A stretch of DNA of 64,000 bases from Dicyema japonicum. Lineage: Eukaryota > Animalia > Dicyemida. The translations under genes were made by a program, and so were the position numbers. Location: contig RDEW01000025.1 in assembly GCA_011109175.1 (NCBI GenBank), positions 31,990-95,989 on the forward strand. The letters are read 5' to 3'. Below the pieces are notes generated by a model that saw only the letters and a program-made list of their open reading frames with translations, made no database searches and was not told the DNA's origin. Within the stretch, counting starts at the first letter, position 1, and every line of letters starts with the position of its first letter. Shown piece by piece: positions 12,340 to 24,830 of the stretch.

Positions 12340-12790
12340 TCAGAAGATACACTTCTGACCCTCATTGTAGATTTGTGCGACCAGTACTTGGGGAACATCA
12401 AGAAAGACATGGAACAACTCGACTCGTTCACAGAGGCCAACTAAGAAACTCTTAGGATACTCCTGGTCAAAGAAAATCTCAAACGATAAATTATACAGAC
12501 AGACTGATTGTGGACCAATAAGTCTGAACGTTCTTAAAATCTGCTGGCGTTTTTTTGGACATATTCTACGATGAGTCAAGAAACACCCAATGTTGCTATG
12601 GAAGAATTTTTCGGCTATAGTGAATCTTCTACATTTAGAGGACTTCCAAGAAGTTGTCTTCCCAGGACATCTGTTGAGGATTATGCAGTGATCGGGGCCG
12701 ACTGATTGATGCAGACGATCTGGACAAAATCAGGAGACAAGCACGACAACAAAAGTGATGGTGAAGGCTAACGAAAATGATAGTCGAAAA
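12340..12790 (+). mobile_element. RTE LINE 3' remnant
   Basis: AMEEFF..FRGLPRSCLP..DADDLDKIRRQA is homologous to the 61171-61788 ORF. Confidence 0.6.
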
Positions 12791-14019
12791 ACATGGCACT
12801 GGCGGAATCATAAACAGTGTTTACTAGTAAAGCGGATGTGCTTTAATTAACTAACACTCATGTTTATAGCCATTTTCTTAAGCTCACTCACATACTAGCA
12901 GTAGTGAATCTGCCACTGTTGTGATCGGCCAAGTATTGCCAGGCATTCCATGTAGCTTGCTAAGTACCTAAAAGAATACCTGCCTCTCCCATTCTTTAGT
13001 GTCAGTTACCACAACGCTCTCGATATGGCAAGAATTATATTCTTCTAAGAAACGTTCCTGGTGACACGCTAGTAAACTTTGAACAAAATTCAAACTCTTA
13101 TATGCAATACGATTTTGGGTTAGGAAATGGGCTTATCTATTTAATCTCAGCACTGTCGAAAAGACGAAAATGCAAAAGGCCATTCAACTACAATCAAATA
13201 ATACTGAAGGTCAACAATAAAAGAGAAATTAAAAAATTTAGCTCAAGAAAATCTCGATAGGAATCAGGAATCAATTCAATTTAAAGCTACATAACTCTCG
13301 AATATCGTAGATGGGAAACCTTCGGGATTAGACACATGTATGCAAAATTTGGTCACACTTGTGATTGCATTGCGCATCACTATGAATTTTCCAACTTTCT
13401 CATACCACTTTCACATTTAGGTGGTTTTTTTCATCTATAATGTATTTATTTTCATTTCGTGGTGAACGTGCAAACCTGATGACTTCTGGTTTCATATAGT
13501 GTAGACCTTTATATTTAGTAACTCCACCAAGCATTGCACCATCCATTTAATACTCTCATCCACTTTATCAAAAAGTTAAAAGTTAGTTTTTTCAAGATTT
13601 AAGTAATTTTAACAGATTGAATATTACAAGGTTGTTCAGTGTGAAATTATCGATTTTATTTGTCCGCAATCGGTTTTTTAAGAAATGAGGAATTTTTTAT
13701 ACGTCACCCAAAATGAGGTAATATTGAAATTTTCTTAATATCAAAGCATGTTGGGAACAATCCAGACAGGAGTTTTTGGAAATCAATCCGGCGTTATAAA
13801 ACTACACGGGTAGGCAACTAAGTTTAAAGAAAGTTGAAAAGTTTAATTTTCTAAATTAGTGTTAACATGATATTATCGATATAAATCAATATCGTTAGGT
13901 ACAATTATTTTCTTAGGGCCCATTATATTTCTCGAGTGCAAACCAAATTGACTATAAATTGGTTGAATCGTTTATAATATCTAAAAAATCACTAAAATAT
14001 ATATTTTTGATTAGATTTA

Positions 14020-14935
14020 TGTCTTCCAAATTCCAACAAGGAGATCCCCATTGACCCATGTTATTCTGTCTTGCATCAAAAGAATCAATGAACTTCCACA
14101 TTCGCCCTCTCAACTTGTGGTATCTGAATGATGTTGTTCTTGAAGGATCCCAGATAAGAGCAACCTCAACGTACAGATGCTTGCATATGTCTTCAAGACT
14201 GCTCTCTATTTTCACCCAATATAACCAACTGGTACACTTTAACGGGATCTTCCGTTTCGACAGCAGAGCGTATCTTCAAAGGAATACTCATGGAAGAAGG
14301 TAACACTGCCGGTCGCACTCGGAAGGTTTGGAATTAGCAGCTCTGTAGATATTTCTCTCCCTGCTTATTTTTCGTCGCTAATGACCTTTAATAATCTTGT
14401 CAAAAGAAATTCTATATTCCTTCCCGAATTCTCTACTGACCAGAACGTCGGTCATGCACGTGAGGCCTGGAGTCGTACCTATCTGTTTTCTTCACCTTTC
14501 GTTAACTGTCAACGGGCTCTGTACGATCCGTATGCCGGAAGTCATTTGAAGATCAGCTAGTATCATCTAAGCAATATCGCCGTTCTTGTTTGTTGTCGGA
14601 GACGTCTTCCGAGAGCAGTGCCTGGCTCAACGCTATTTTCTCGAGTCTTGGATACCTTTCTGGATGATGAATGCTTCCGTATTGGATTTCATTACGATTT
14701 GGATTTAAAGTCTGTGCCGCATCCATGCAGATGTGAACATCAGATTAACTGTTTTTGTCTGCACTCTCTCTCCTGCAAAAAGAATGGAGGCAGATCTCAC
14801 AAACACGTGATTTTAACGAATTTTTAGGAACCTTTGAACGATGCCGGACACACTTCTATGCTAGATCCAGTCAGTCTTTGAAACGTGACAAGAAACGACC
14901 CGATGGGATGACCATCTTCCCCTTTGAAGTCTGAA
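14020..14935 (+). mobile_element. CRE-clade retrotransposon: RT, CCHC finger and RLE
   Basis: QQGDP..PMLFCLA, NLWYLND (YLDD), CRC..HSLSCKKNGGRSHKH and KRPDGMTIFPFEV appear in order. Confidence 0.8.
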
Positions 14936-15039
14936 AACTTAAGAAAATACTTAATGTGACTACTAGAAACTCAAGTTATGTGAGTCTAATGATTCCACAA
15001 CTGTCTCTATACTCGAACAAACAATATCAAAATTAAAGC

Positions 15040-16345
15040 AATCATAATTCTTAAATTTTAGCAAAAAGTTTAACCTAGCAGATTTTTCACGAAAATCTCC
15101 GGTTGAATTCCGTGTAAAAAATCCATAAAATCGAAGCTTATCAAACAAATATTAAGAGACCAATGATTATGGGCAGACTCGTAAAGAACAGGGATTAAGG
15201 CATCCAAAAATAGATCAGGGTAGCGATTAATTAAATTTACCATCCATTCTTGGCGTGAAAAACTATGAACCTTCTCTACAATCTGAAATTACAAAACATA
15301 AACTTGAAAACAAATATCCCCATAAAAAGGTGTCCAAAAATTAACAAACTCACACCACAAACCAATCGGCACAAGAGTCACATCTACAATTTTAAATAGA
15401 GAGGCAATTTCGTCAATAATCAGAACCTAAATTACTAAAAACCAAACAAACCCCACTTCTAGAACATTTCTTGGGGAAAATCCTCATCAAATACTCCAAA
15501 ACAACGCTGAATAAACGAGGATCCTTCTCCACAAACTGACGTGTACACAGCGACAGCTTCAATCACACCAAATCAAACCTCAGTGTGAAAGGCGCATAAA
15601 CACCTACTTTTGTGAAGCGGCAGTATAATATTCTTCAGTAAGTTGATATTTTTCTTCCTCAGTGGGAGAATAAACCCATAAATTATGCATTGAAGGAGCA
15701 TCAGGAGCTCCGGCATCCCGTTGAAGGTCTCCCCGTCGTACAGGAACCTGGTTAAGCCAAATTTTACCATAAAATGATGTTCGTAATGTCATCCAGCAGG
15801 TAAGTCCTAGTAGAAACGAACTTAGAGAAGATCTTGTGCAGAATAATCTGCAAGTACTTCCGTTCATTCCAATCCATAGAATCCATCATCAAAATGAGAC
15901 GCTTAGAAAGAGTTTTAAAAAGTTTTGAATTGATGACTGACATGGGCAGATAGAGATCCAGGAATATGAAAAAGTAATCATAAACGAGCTGGTTAGATGA
16001 GACAAAACTACCTCCAGGTGTAACCACGCGGGTCATTTACGCTCTCGGGAAGTTCAATGTCGATTCCATTGAAATACTCACATTTTGGGAGAGTTCGGAT
16101 TATGTTTGATTTGAGCATTTTTAAAGATTCTAAGATGAATTCTATCTCCATTATAGAATGCATATTTTGGGCACAAAAGTCTATGAGTTCCAGAAGAAGA
16201 TGTTCTTTTTTTACCTTTTCTTCTATCATAGTGTTTTTTTAAAATCATAGACGACGGAACATTTCTTGAGTTTAATTACATAACTCTCTTCTTTGTCTGA
16301 CTCTTTCATTTCCATAATGAATTCCTCTTCCTCTATCTTATTCAT
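15040..16345 (-). CDS. PPP2R5: PP2A regulatory B56 (B') subunit with five tiny introns and homopolymer frameshifts
   Basis: ATG is at 16345. Motifs are KLKKCSVVYDF, DP[A]WLHLE|LVYDYF, DWNERKYLQIILHKIFSKF, NGMPELL..L..II.GF.LPL, LPLHK, QFVEKDP and HW. Introns lie at 15989-16011, 15748-15767, 15557-15578, 15427-15451 and 15283-15303. Single-base losses occur in an A7 run (about 16235) and a C3 run (about 16032). The exact C-terminus is uncertain. Confidence 0.88.
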
Positions 16346-16546
16346 TTCTATGGTAGATAAAACTGGTTAATTGGTTGCAAAATAAATATTTGAAATTATA
16401 CCTTTTCTTTTTTAACCACCGGGAGAAAAAATTCAAATTTATGAAAAAATTATTGTTTTCTTAATTCATAGAAAATAAATCTAAATTAATTGAAAATCAT
16501 TTATGTAATGTAGTAAAATAATTAAAATTAATTTAATAAAGATTAT

Positions 16547-17058
16547 GTACAACTCCCTAAAAACATTTCGCATAAATATCCTCATGAGTTATCTGGAGGA
16601 CAAAGACGAAGAATTTGTATTGCAAGTACGTTGGCACTAGAACCTTCTTTTATTGTTTGTGACGAACTAGTAGCCGCCTTCGATGTCTCCGTAAAAGCAT
16701 AAGTGATTAATCTCTTAATTAAACTCTATGAAGTACTTTGATTAACCTATCTCTTTATTTCCTACGATCTAAAGGTGGTGAATTTTATTGCCAAATGAAT
16801 AGCTGTCATGTACCAAGAGCGACTTATAGAAAAAGGAAGTGTAGAGGGATTATTCCATACGTTCAATCATCCTTATACCCAAGCCCTCTTATCGTCAATT
16901 GCTACTACAAACCTTACCCATAAGAAATTATTTTACAAGGTGATATCTCTAGTCTAATGGAACTACTTACAAGATGTCATTTCCACTCTAGATGTTGGAA
17001 AAGACAACAATTTTTAAAACAACAGGGACATTTTTACTGTCATCATTCCGTTCAGTAA
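16547..17058 (+). pseudogene. oppF: Bacterial oligopeptide/dipeptide ABC transporter ATPase (OppF/DppF/AppF-type) C-terminal half, decayed
   Basis: Translation is [56 protein letters not shown]...L*LTYLFISYDLKVVNFIAK*IAVMYQERLIEKG...HPYTQALLSSI...ILQGDI...CHFHSRC...GHFYCH. It contains the signature, Walker B, D-loop, H-loop and the oligo_HPY tail. It has no introns, three substitution stops and at least one 1-nt loss. Confidence 0.9.
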
Positions 17059-17129
17059 TTATCACTCCTTTTTAAGTCGACTATGCCAAATTTAGACACC
17101 AAAAATAACCATAGTATTATTACACTACT

Positions 17130-17735
17130 TGACTTACGTACTTAAATGGAGCGCTTGATAGGTGCACGACTCTATCTAAACCATTTTCCCTCTCCAATAC
17201 CTAATGGCTATAGGAATGGGATGTGTAGCAGACTATGGATGGATTTGTGCCTTTATCCCTTGAGAATCAAGAATCCATTTCCAGGATTAATGAGGTCTAC
17301 CAACAAGTCGTCGTTTCTACCATTGAATATTCCTGCTCCGCCTGGAGATTTGCGATTCACTCTTCGAAAGTGGATCGTTTGAACTCCCTCAGGCGGAAAA
17401 TTATGCATCACGACAGACATCCCCATTGGCGGCCTCGTTTCTGATGAAGCGACGTTGAAGAATGGCAAGAGTTTCCTAAGTTTGTGCAAGGAACTGGGAA
17501 ACCCACTCAAAGAAAAAATGGCCCATGTAGAAAAAATTCGGTCGGTAATAAAAAAGTGCACGCCGATTGAATTCCTTTGCAGAACTAAGGGAAGGCGCTT
17601 CCCGAATGTGGTTGGGTGATCAGAAGACCAGATGAAGAGAGTTTGGATGTTGTTGGAGGCTGGATCACCTAATTAGTTAGTCTGACCTATCTTTCTTGGT
17701 GGTCTAGGGGGTAAATAAATAAATAAAAATAAAAA
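17130..17735 (+). mobile_element. Jockey-like LINE 3' portion with (TAAA)n tail
   Basis: YQQVVVSTIEYSCSAWRFAI is the same family as 36108-36844. It ends ggggtaaataaataaataaaaat. Confidence 0.65.
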
Positions 17736-17769
17736 GGGTTAATGACGAATTTGAGATCTCTATATGAGT

Positions 17770-18200
17770 ATTTGCTTCCTTGAACAAGGCTTCCAGGCAT
17801 GTTTGGACTATGGAAAACTTGTCCGACGGAAAGCTAATATTTGTGATTTTCGTCATCCGCTTATTCACTTGCAGGCGAGGTTTGACAAAGCAGGAATAGA
17901 TGATCGAGGCGTCTCCACCAATCGTTCCGTGGTCGAGGTACCAAACATTAAGAGGGGCTAAGACTTTTTGAATAACGTGGTCAATAGTAATGGAGAAGTA
18001 GAAAATGAAGAGTCCAAGGCATTACCTTGGTGAACACCTATCGAAGAATCACAATGTGATCTCCGAAGATAAGAGAACTCTTAAATCTGTAAGAAAGATG
18101 GACAAATTCGTCTATTTCAGACGTCCTAGAAACACAACTCCAGCGTCCTTCTAAATCCATCTACTCACCTGTCATTTCTTCTGTTGAGATTTACAGGCTC
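17770..18200 (-). mobile_element. CRE-clade RT fragment
   Basis: Minus translation IDHVIQKVLAPLNVWYLDHGTIGG matches the LNxWYLDDGTxGG motif. Confidence 0.7.
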
Positions 18201-18879
18201 AAATAGGCAAATGAAGCCAATGTTCATTATTATTTTCTTAATGATTGCCTTGGAAATCTTCCATTGCTTAGTTTACATGACAATGCCTGAAAACCTTTTA
18301 TGTTTATCTTTCCGGCTCATTCGGCTCATTCGTATCTCTGTCAGTTGTCATGGGAAACAGCCACTCAATTACTTTGATTGTTTTGTTACATAATAAATTA
18401 TTAACATTAAAAAATTACGAAAAAGTTTCATTTTTGGTTAGAATTCTTAATCACGTATGAGGCTATCAGAGGATTTTACCGTTCTATCAGTTAATATCAT
18501 ACGCTTGAACGATATTTCCAAAGGAATAATCATATACCAGGACGTGAACATTTTCAGTGCCACTATTTGATGCTTTCACGAGACGATAGTTAAGTGAAGA
18601 GTTAGATAATAATTGCATAATTATCCTCCTACCGTAAGAATCTCACTACTATTGGAATTTAATCTAAAAATGCTATTGTGTGAACTATCGGATCATAGTT
18701 TCATATGCGCCACATGTGGAAAGATTTTGTTATTTGATTAAAAATGCTATAAAAATATTTTATGTTCGGTTCAAATGTGTATACCTTCTTTAAAATGATG
18801 AACATCAAACAGAAATACCGACCCAACACTAACAGTCACAACTAATTAATCCAAAAAATGAACCTAAGGGAAAATTTAT

Positions 18880-19070
18880 GTGTGTGTCGACCTAATCCAT
18901 CCTCCAATCGTCTATTCCAGGCTTCCGTTTCCGAAGAGAGGTGGAGAAGTAGGGTTGCCCTCATCCATTTTAATCACATGTTTTAGCGTTGCGAGTTTTA
19001 CTTAATTCCTAGGAGGATGAGTTTTCATGATGGTAATCTTTGCCAGTGGATTTGGTCATGGAGAAATTAG
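18880..19070 (+). mobile_element. LINE 3' remnant, related to 24060-24240
   Basis: Both loci share caggcttccg.ttc.gaagagaggt.gagaa and ggatttggtcatggag. Confidence 0.45.
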
Positions 19071-19869
19071 TTAGATACCTTTCAACGACTGTGTCGTACC
19101 AGATGGACTAATCACCCCATGATTGTGATCTGTTTGACGGAATTGGCCTTCGCTGAAAAATCTATTTTTCGGATTCGAACCCACGGCCTTAATATCCGAT
19201 ATCATCAGTTCAACCAAGAAAGCCAAACCTTCAATTATAATGCTATTCTGTCTACACATGAGTTTCGAGGGCATCTACTGCAAATCTAATGTGCTTTAAG
19301 CTGCATTATCCATAATAATTTGGAGAACGTTACATTCTACACACTCACAAATTTAAAAAAATATCAATATCGAATTTTACGTAGCTAATACCTTCAGCAA
19401 ATGGCATTCATTGTGGATCATTTAAATAAAATACTGGGAGATTCCAATTACTGTATAAGATGCCATAACATTAAAACAAAATATAAATTCATCATCTCAA
19501 ATCTGTTAGAAAGGTAGGAAATGTTTATCGGCTTTAAAGAGCTTTGAAACTGCTCTAAGGCTGAGTGTAAATCACAATGTTCGTTAAAACATAGAGATTT
19601 TATATTTCATTATAATTTTTACAAATAAGTTAAAAATGTTAGAATCAAATAAGCTAAAAATTTGGACCTTCGTTTTAACTAGAAAAACTAATCAAATTTA
19701 ATTTAACACGGTGGCTAACCTAATTAATTAATTTTGGCGCAATTATTGATTATTTAAATATTTCTTGTTGTCAATAAATTTCAATTATGCAAAAAATTAC
19801 TAAACAGACGATAATTAAAATATGTAAAAAATTAGAAAACGTTACATAATAATTATAACAATATAGTCA

Positions 19870-21675
19870 ATTGACAACAATGATAACTACAAAGTTGTAA
19901 AACTGGTTCAAGAACTTGAAGATCAATGCAAATTATTGCACAAAGGAACCTTAGATGGAACAATTCGCTCTGTGGTCATTCCTATTCTAAGTATTTGTAT
20001 TTAAAAGTTTCTAGAAGACTTACTTGCCGGCAAACTCTATGATTTAGTATGCAGATTTATAGTGGTTTGACGGTGGCTCATTGATTTAGAACATGGGGAA
20101 AGCCAATAAAAGGCTCTTAATTTTTTTGGTGCCCAGTCTGATACCCATGTTAATGGATCTGATCATTTCATCGGATAAACTGACAGCTATAGACGTATTC
20201 TTATAATTAAAGGTCAGATTCTAAATAATGTGAACTCTATATTATCTCTGTGTCCCAAGCAGCTATATGATTTGTTGAATCACGTAAAACGAAATGTAGC
20301 TTTCTGATTAACTTAGACTAAAACTCCACGATAGTGTTGTCACTTTTGGCGGTTTTTTTATTAAAATATAGAAGATGCGGCATATCAGTCTGAAATCTTC
20401 GAATTATTCATCCATTTTTCAATGGGAGAGTTCTTGGGCGTAGAATTTAGAGATTTAATAACAAATATATCGGCTGACAACTATTTACAGGTAAATAGTC
20501 TTTAAAATATTCAGACTGTCAGGACATGGATGAATTCCATAAACGGGACCGATGGACTCATTAAAAGCGCGAAAATTTGTAATTCCGATGAAAGTTGGGT
20601 AGACTGGAACCCGGAAACTCTGCGATTAATCTGCTGGAACTTAGAAACGGATATTCTTCTTTGCCATATTAGACATTTCCACATAGAAAGTAATTTCCTC
20701 TTAATGTCTTAGAAAACACAGTCAAAATCTGGACTCTGTTTGGTTTATGCATTGACAACCAATTTCTTTAACCTTTGAAGAAAACGATGCTTCTCTCAGA
20801 CTCATTTCCTCTTTTAATGAATCCTGTGAGGCGTATCTACACCAAAAGGCGTGTGATTCTGGGTTATCTGAATGCCCCTTTATAACCAATCACTTATCTA
20901 ATCACGTGGAGGCGACTGTATCAAAGGATAAAGTAAGGAATAAATTAAGACCAGAACGACGATAAAGAAAACATATATGTCCAACAACCAGGAAGAATAT
21001 ATAAATCTGGGTTCAATTTTCTACGAGCTATTAAGACCAGACTCATGCGCATGGTTTGACCTCTTTCTCAATGTAGAGTATCCGTAGACGACAGACTCTA
21101 GGTTCTTCGCAACCTCCAACGCCTATGATGGTATTTGCACGTTTTCTCACTGATATTTGCACGTCTTTCCCAGTGACAGATATTGAATCGGGTGAACCAA
21201 TCGACTTTGAGTCCCGCAACCAAATGTGGATTGATTTAATAGAAAAAACACTCAAACGTGAATTGTAGTCATTCACTAATACTGCAGCCACTTTCACACT
21301 GACACTAAAGAAATTCTCACAAAATATCAAGAACTCCAGAAACAGAGTGAGGAGCTAACGAAGGCTGCCAGAAATCTTCTGGAGAAAATGGAGGTAGATT
21401 TAATTATTGTTGGTAGAAGACATATATTAATCTCAGGTTGAGGGTTAAGGAAGTAATAATGAAGTACAATTCAAAGTATAGGCAAGGTTATTTTAGTCAA
21501 CAAAAATTGGAAGAGAAATTAGCGGATATAATGAGCAAAATGGTTGATGTTACAAATGAGATTATCTCTGTAAGGACTGATATTAGTATAGGTGAAAGCC
21601 CCCGAGGAACTTAGCATGGAGCAAATTAAGGATATCATATTCCGGTATATAGAGGACATTTTCTCAGAATCATGA
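19870..21675 (+). CDS. Unidentified multi-exon gene with a coiled-coil-like C-terminus (frameshifted)
   Basis: GT-AG introns at 20491-20514, 20690-20712, 21394-21416 and 21570-21591 join open frames. The protein ends ...KYQELQKQSEELTKAARNLLEKME|KTYINLRLRVKE...IIS|VKAPEELSMEQIKDIIFRYIEDIFSES* (TGA 21673-21675). The start is uncertain. Confidence 0.55.
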
Positions 21676-22342
21676 ATTTGCTTTTCAAAGTTAAAATCAC
21701 TGTTTTTTGCATATTTAGTGTTATAATATTTGAGAGGTCTTAATTGAATTAAGGGATTGTCTGGGGTTCCGCTGACAGTTTTCTAATCACATAGATTACC
21801 TGATCCTCAGTTTTCATCTGATTAGATATAAAATATCAAAGTAAGCAACGATTGGATTAAAAAGTTCGTTGTCCAGTGAATGGGAATTCTTAACCGCACT
21901 GCACGTAATAGGAAAGCCTTCCGTTTGATAAGACAGTTCTCCGATATATTGGATGTCCTTCATTGAGAGCTTCATTGACGGGTGTCCCATCTTCAGTATC
22001 TCCATATCCTAATACGTCTAATTGCTCTGTTAAATCACAGTGGTTAGTCTAAATCTCACACTTCTTAAAAGGTCTCCAAGGAAACCAATGGTTACAAATG
22101 GCGATACATAAAGTCTAAATCCCTATTGGTGTTAAATAGGCACATTCCTTCTATCTTCTCCTTAGCCACTTGAAAATAGTGTCTTAACTGATAGAAGTTT
22201 CATGTTGAGAACGACAAAACAAAATGCGAAAAGAAAAATAATGTTTTAAAATGCATCACAGGCTTTTGGAAGAACAGAAATCATATTGTACTGTATATAA
22301 ACTATTCATTTAACCATGCATCTCTTACGCATGTGATATATG

Positions 22343-22640
22343 GGGCCCATTCATCTCTTGGAAGAATGTCTTGAAGATCGAGGCTAGCGAAAAAGAGCCT
22401 CCAAAATCACGGAACGCTGGATTTCTGGTGAGTTCCAGCCACCAATGCCTCTTGAAGCCTTGATAAAAATGAACTATGGAACGCGCCGTCGTGACTGCGA
22501 AGGTTTATTCACTCAACCGATACGTGCTTGTGTGGAGTCGAGGGAGAAGCATTGGGCCAAGATGAGGTCCCTACTAGAGCGTGGTGGGATCACGTGATTA
22601 GTTAGTTTGTGTAACCGTGGTCTCTGGTGTTATTATTATT
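22343..22640 (+). repeat. About 290-bp dispersed retro-element copy 1 with (TTA)n tail
   Basis: Aligns end to end with 35658-35950 (minus) and 58880-59166. It ends gattagttagtttgtgtaa...ggtgttattattatt. Confidence 0.85.
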
Positions 22641-23039
22641 TCCAAACATAGATGCTATGAAACAGCCATCGTTTTAAAAAGCAAAAGTAGTACATTTTTA
22701 GACAGGTCACTTAATTCGTTAACGCACCAGAGATTGTTTATTACTGAGGCAACATAAGTCAATAAAGTCAATTTCAATTCAGAGTTAGGATTTAGTCTAA
22801 AAATGATGATTAATTTAAAAAATGTCAAAAAAAGGTTTCTATAAAAATTTTTGGTCAATTAAGTCAACTTTTTAGATTATTAAATCAATTTTTTTAATTA
22901 GGTCAAAATTAAATACAAATTTAACTAATTACATCATAATTTTAAGCATCGAAATAAATTTAAAATAATCGGTGTGACATTCCTGTCTTTTTTCAACAAA
23001 TCTTTACCCGTAACCTGCAATAAACAATTTGTTGTGAGT

Positions 23040-24040
23040 AAACACAGGGAAGCACGAAACATTCTTCACGAATAAATATATCCACAAAAAAAACAATTGA
23101 ATATTGTTCCAAATAATTTCTTGAGAAATTTTTGCAACAGACGGAAGCATTTGTATCCGCAAACATTTCACTCTATAAATTGAGGAATCAAGCAATTATC
23201 AACATATTCGAAAGTATTGGGCATTCATTTCCTTCAGAGTTTACTTGCCGCAATATATTAGAAATTTTAGCTCAACAAATGATATCCAAAATAATTAATT
23301 TAATTTCAAATGAGAAAGTTAGTTTGAATAATTTTTTAAGGTTTTTTTGATTGTGGACGAAACTGATGTTGGGAGAAACAAATTTGTTAATTTTCTAGTT
23401 GGAACGTTGGCAAAATCTGCAAAGCTTTTACCTAATAGATTGTATAAAAATTGATTTCTTTCCGAATTTGTCTATTATCAGTCAAATTATTGATGACACT
23501 ATTCGGAAAATTAATGTTATTCCAGTCTTTACCATTTTACATGTTTTGCTCATTTAGTGCATAATTAATAATAACAGCCTTTTCACGAGAGCAATAATAT
23601 TGATTGCTTGTTATTAAACACTTGTTGTAAATAACAATTATCAAAGACAATTGTTTAAAGAAATTGGGTAACCACCAGAACCAATAGTTACGAGATAGGG
23701 GAGCTAGCTTAAGGTTGTTTCTTACTATGCTACAAACCTGCCGAATTTTATTCAAATGTGCACTTCTCTAGAAAGAGATTCTTTGCTTATTAAAAGAGCG
23801 AAAGAATGTATATTTAATGGACAACTTCATGAAGATATAACGACGATAATATCACAATATTCACCTTATTACATTTTCTTTATGATTTAAAATCTACCAA
23901 TTTTACTATAAAGCATACAATTATTTGAAAAAATTGGATTTTAAAGAAGACGTATGTGGAATAAAAAATTATATTAACAATAGGATGAATTCTAATGATA
24001 TCACAAAAATAATAAATTTCGATGATCATTCCATTTAAAA
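23040..24040 (+). mobile_element. CGGBP1-type hAT transposase remnant
   Basis: Translation gives EAFVSANISLYKLRN..FPSEFTCR..IVDETDV..KFVNFLVG, then EIG*PPEPIVTR*GS*L..YYATNLP. Confidence 0.65.
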
Positions 24041-24279
24041 CTCAAGGAGAATATCTGCTTGTACCGACCAAAGCCATCTTTTAATGGTATATTACAGGCT
24101 TCCGCTTCGGAAGAGAGGTCGAGAAAAAGAAGAAATATGTCCATCCTCTTCTATTTTCATTACGGACATCATTTATTCTTCGGCGGAATAGTTTTCATAA
24201 TGTAATCTTTACCATAGGATTTGGTCATGGAGCGATATGAAGTTAATAATTAATTTAATAAAATATATTGACATTAAAA

Positions 24280-24830
24280 TCTATTCTTTACAACATATTG
24301 TGTTAATAATAGTTGTTCTCTTAGTTTTGGCCTCCATTAAAGGAATCCCCTTGAAACGAAAGCCATTCTCATTTCCACACCCACAGTAAATCCTGAGCTT
24401 GATATTGGACAGGCGTTCTTCCGAACTATCCAAATATGGACCCCGAAGTCTCCGAGTACCTTTCCGAATACAGTTTAATATACTCGCTTTGGAGACTTCT
24501 ACAGACATATGACCATCGAAGTGGAATTTCTGAATCTACTTGGGGTCTGATTTCTGCGCGTTAAAAAGATATTCATGAATGTCACTGATTATTCGAGCGA
24601 GTTTCAGTAACTATTTTTAGACGGAATGTGTCAATAAAACATAGAGAACTGCACTTTCCGTGACGGAAGTCAAAAAACTATTTCTGAAAATAAGTTCTAT
24701 TTCTTGGAGAGTCTAAATCAGCATTCCCAATCGTCGGAAATTTTTTAAACAACAAAAATCTACGATCAGAATTGGTTTTGTCTCAAAACCCCACATTTGT
24801 CTTGTTATTGAAGGAATACTGTTTAATTAG
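24280..24830 (-). mobile_element. Non-LTR RT remnant (RTE-like)
   Basis: Minus frames give LRQNQF, FFDFR and YLDSSEERLSNIKLRI..TK..IINTI. Confidence 0.4.

Noticed and set aside
16547-17058. Interpretation as a eukaryotic ABCB/ABCC exon
   Set aside because: The YPHE, IVCDE and HPYTQALL/oligo_HPY features are prokaryotic importer-type, and there are no micro-introns across about 500 bp.
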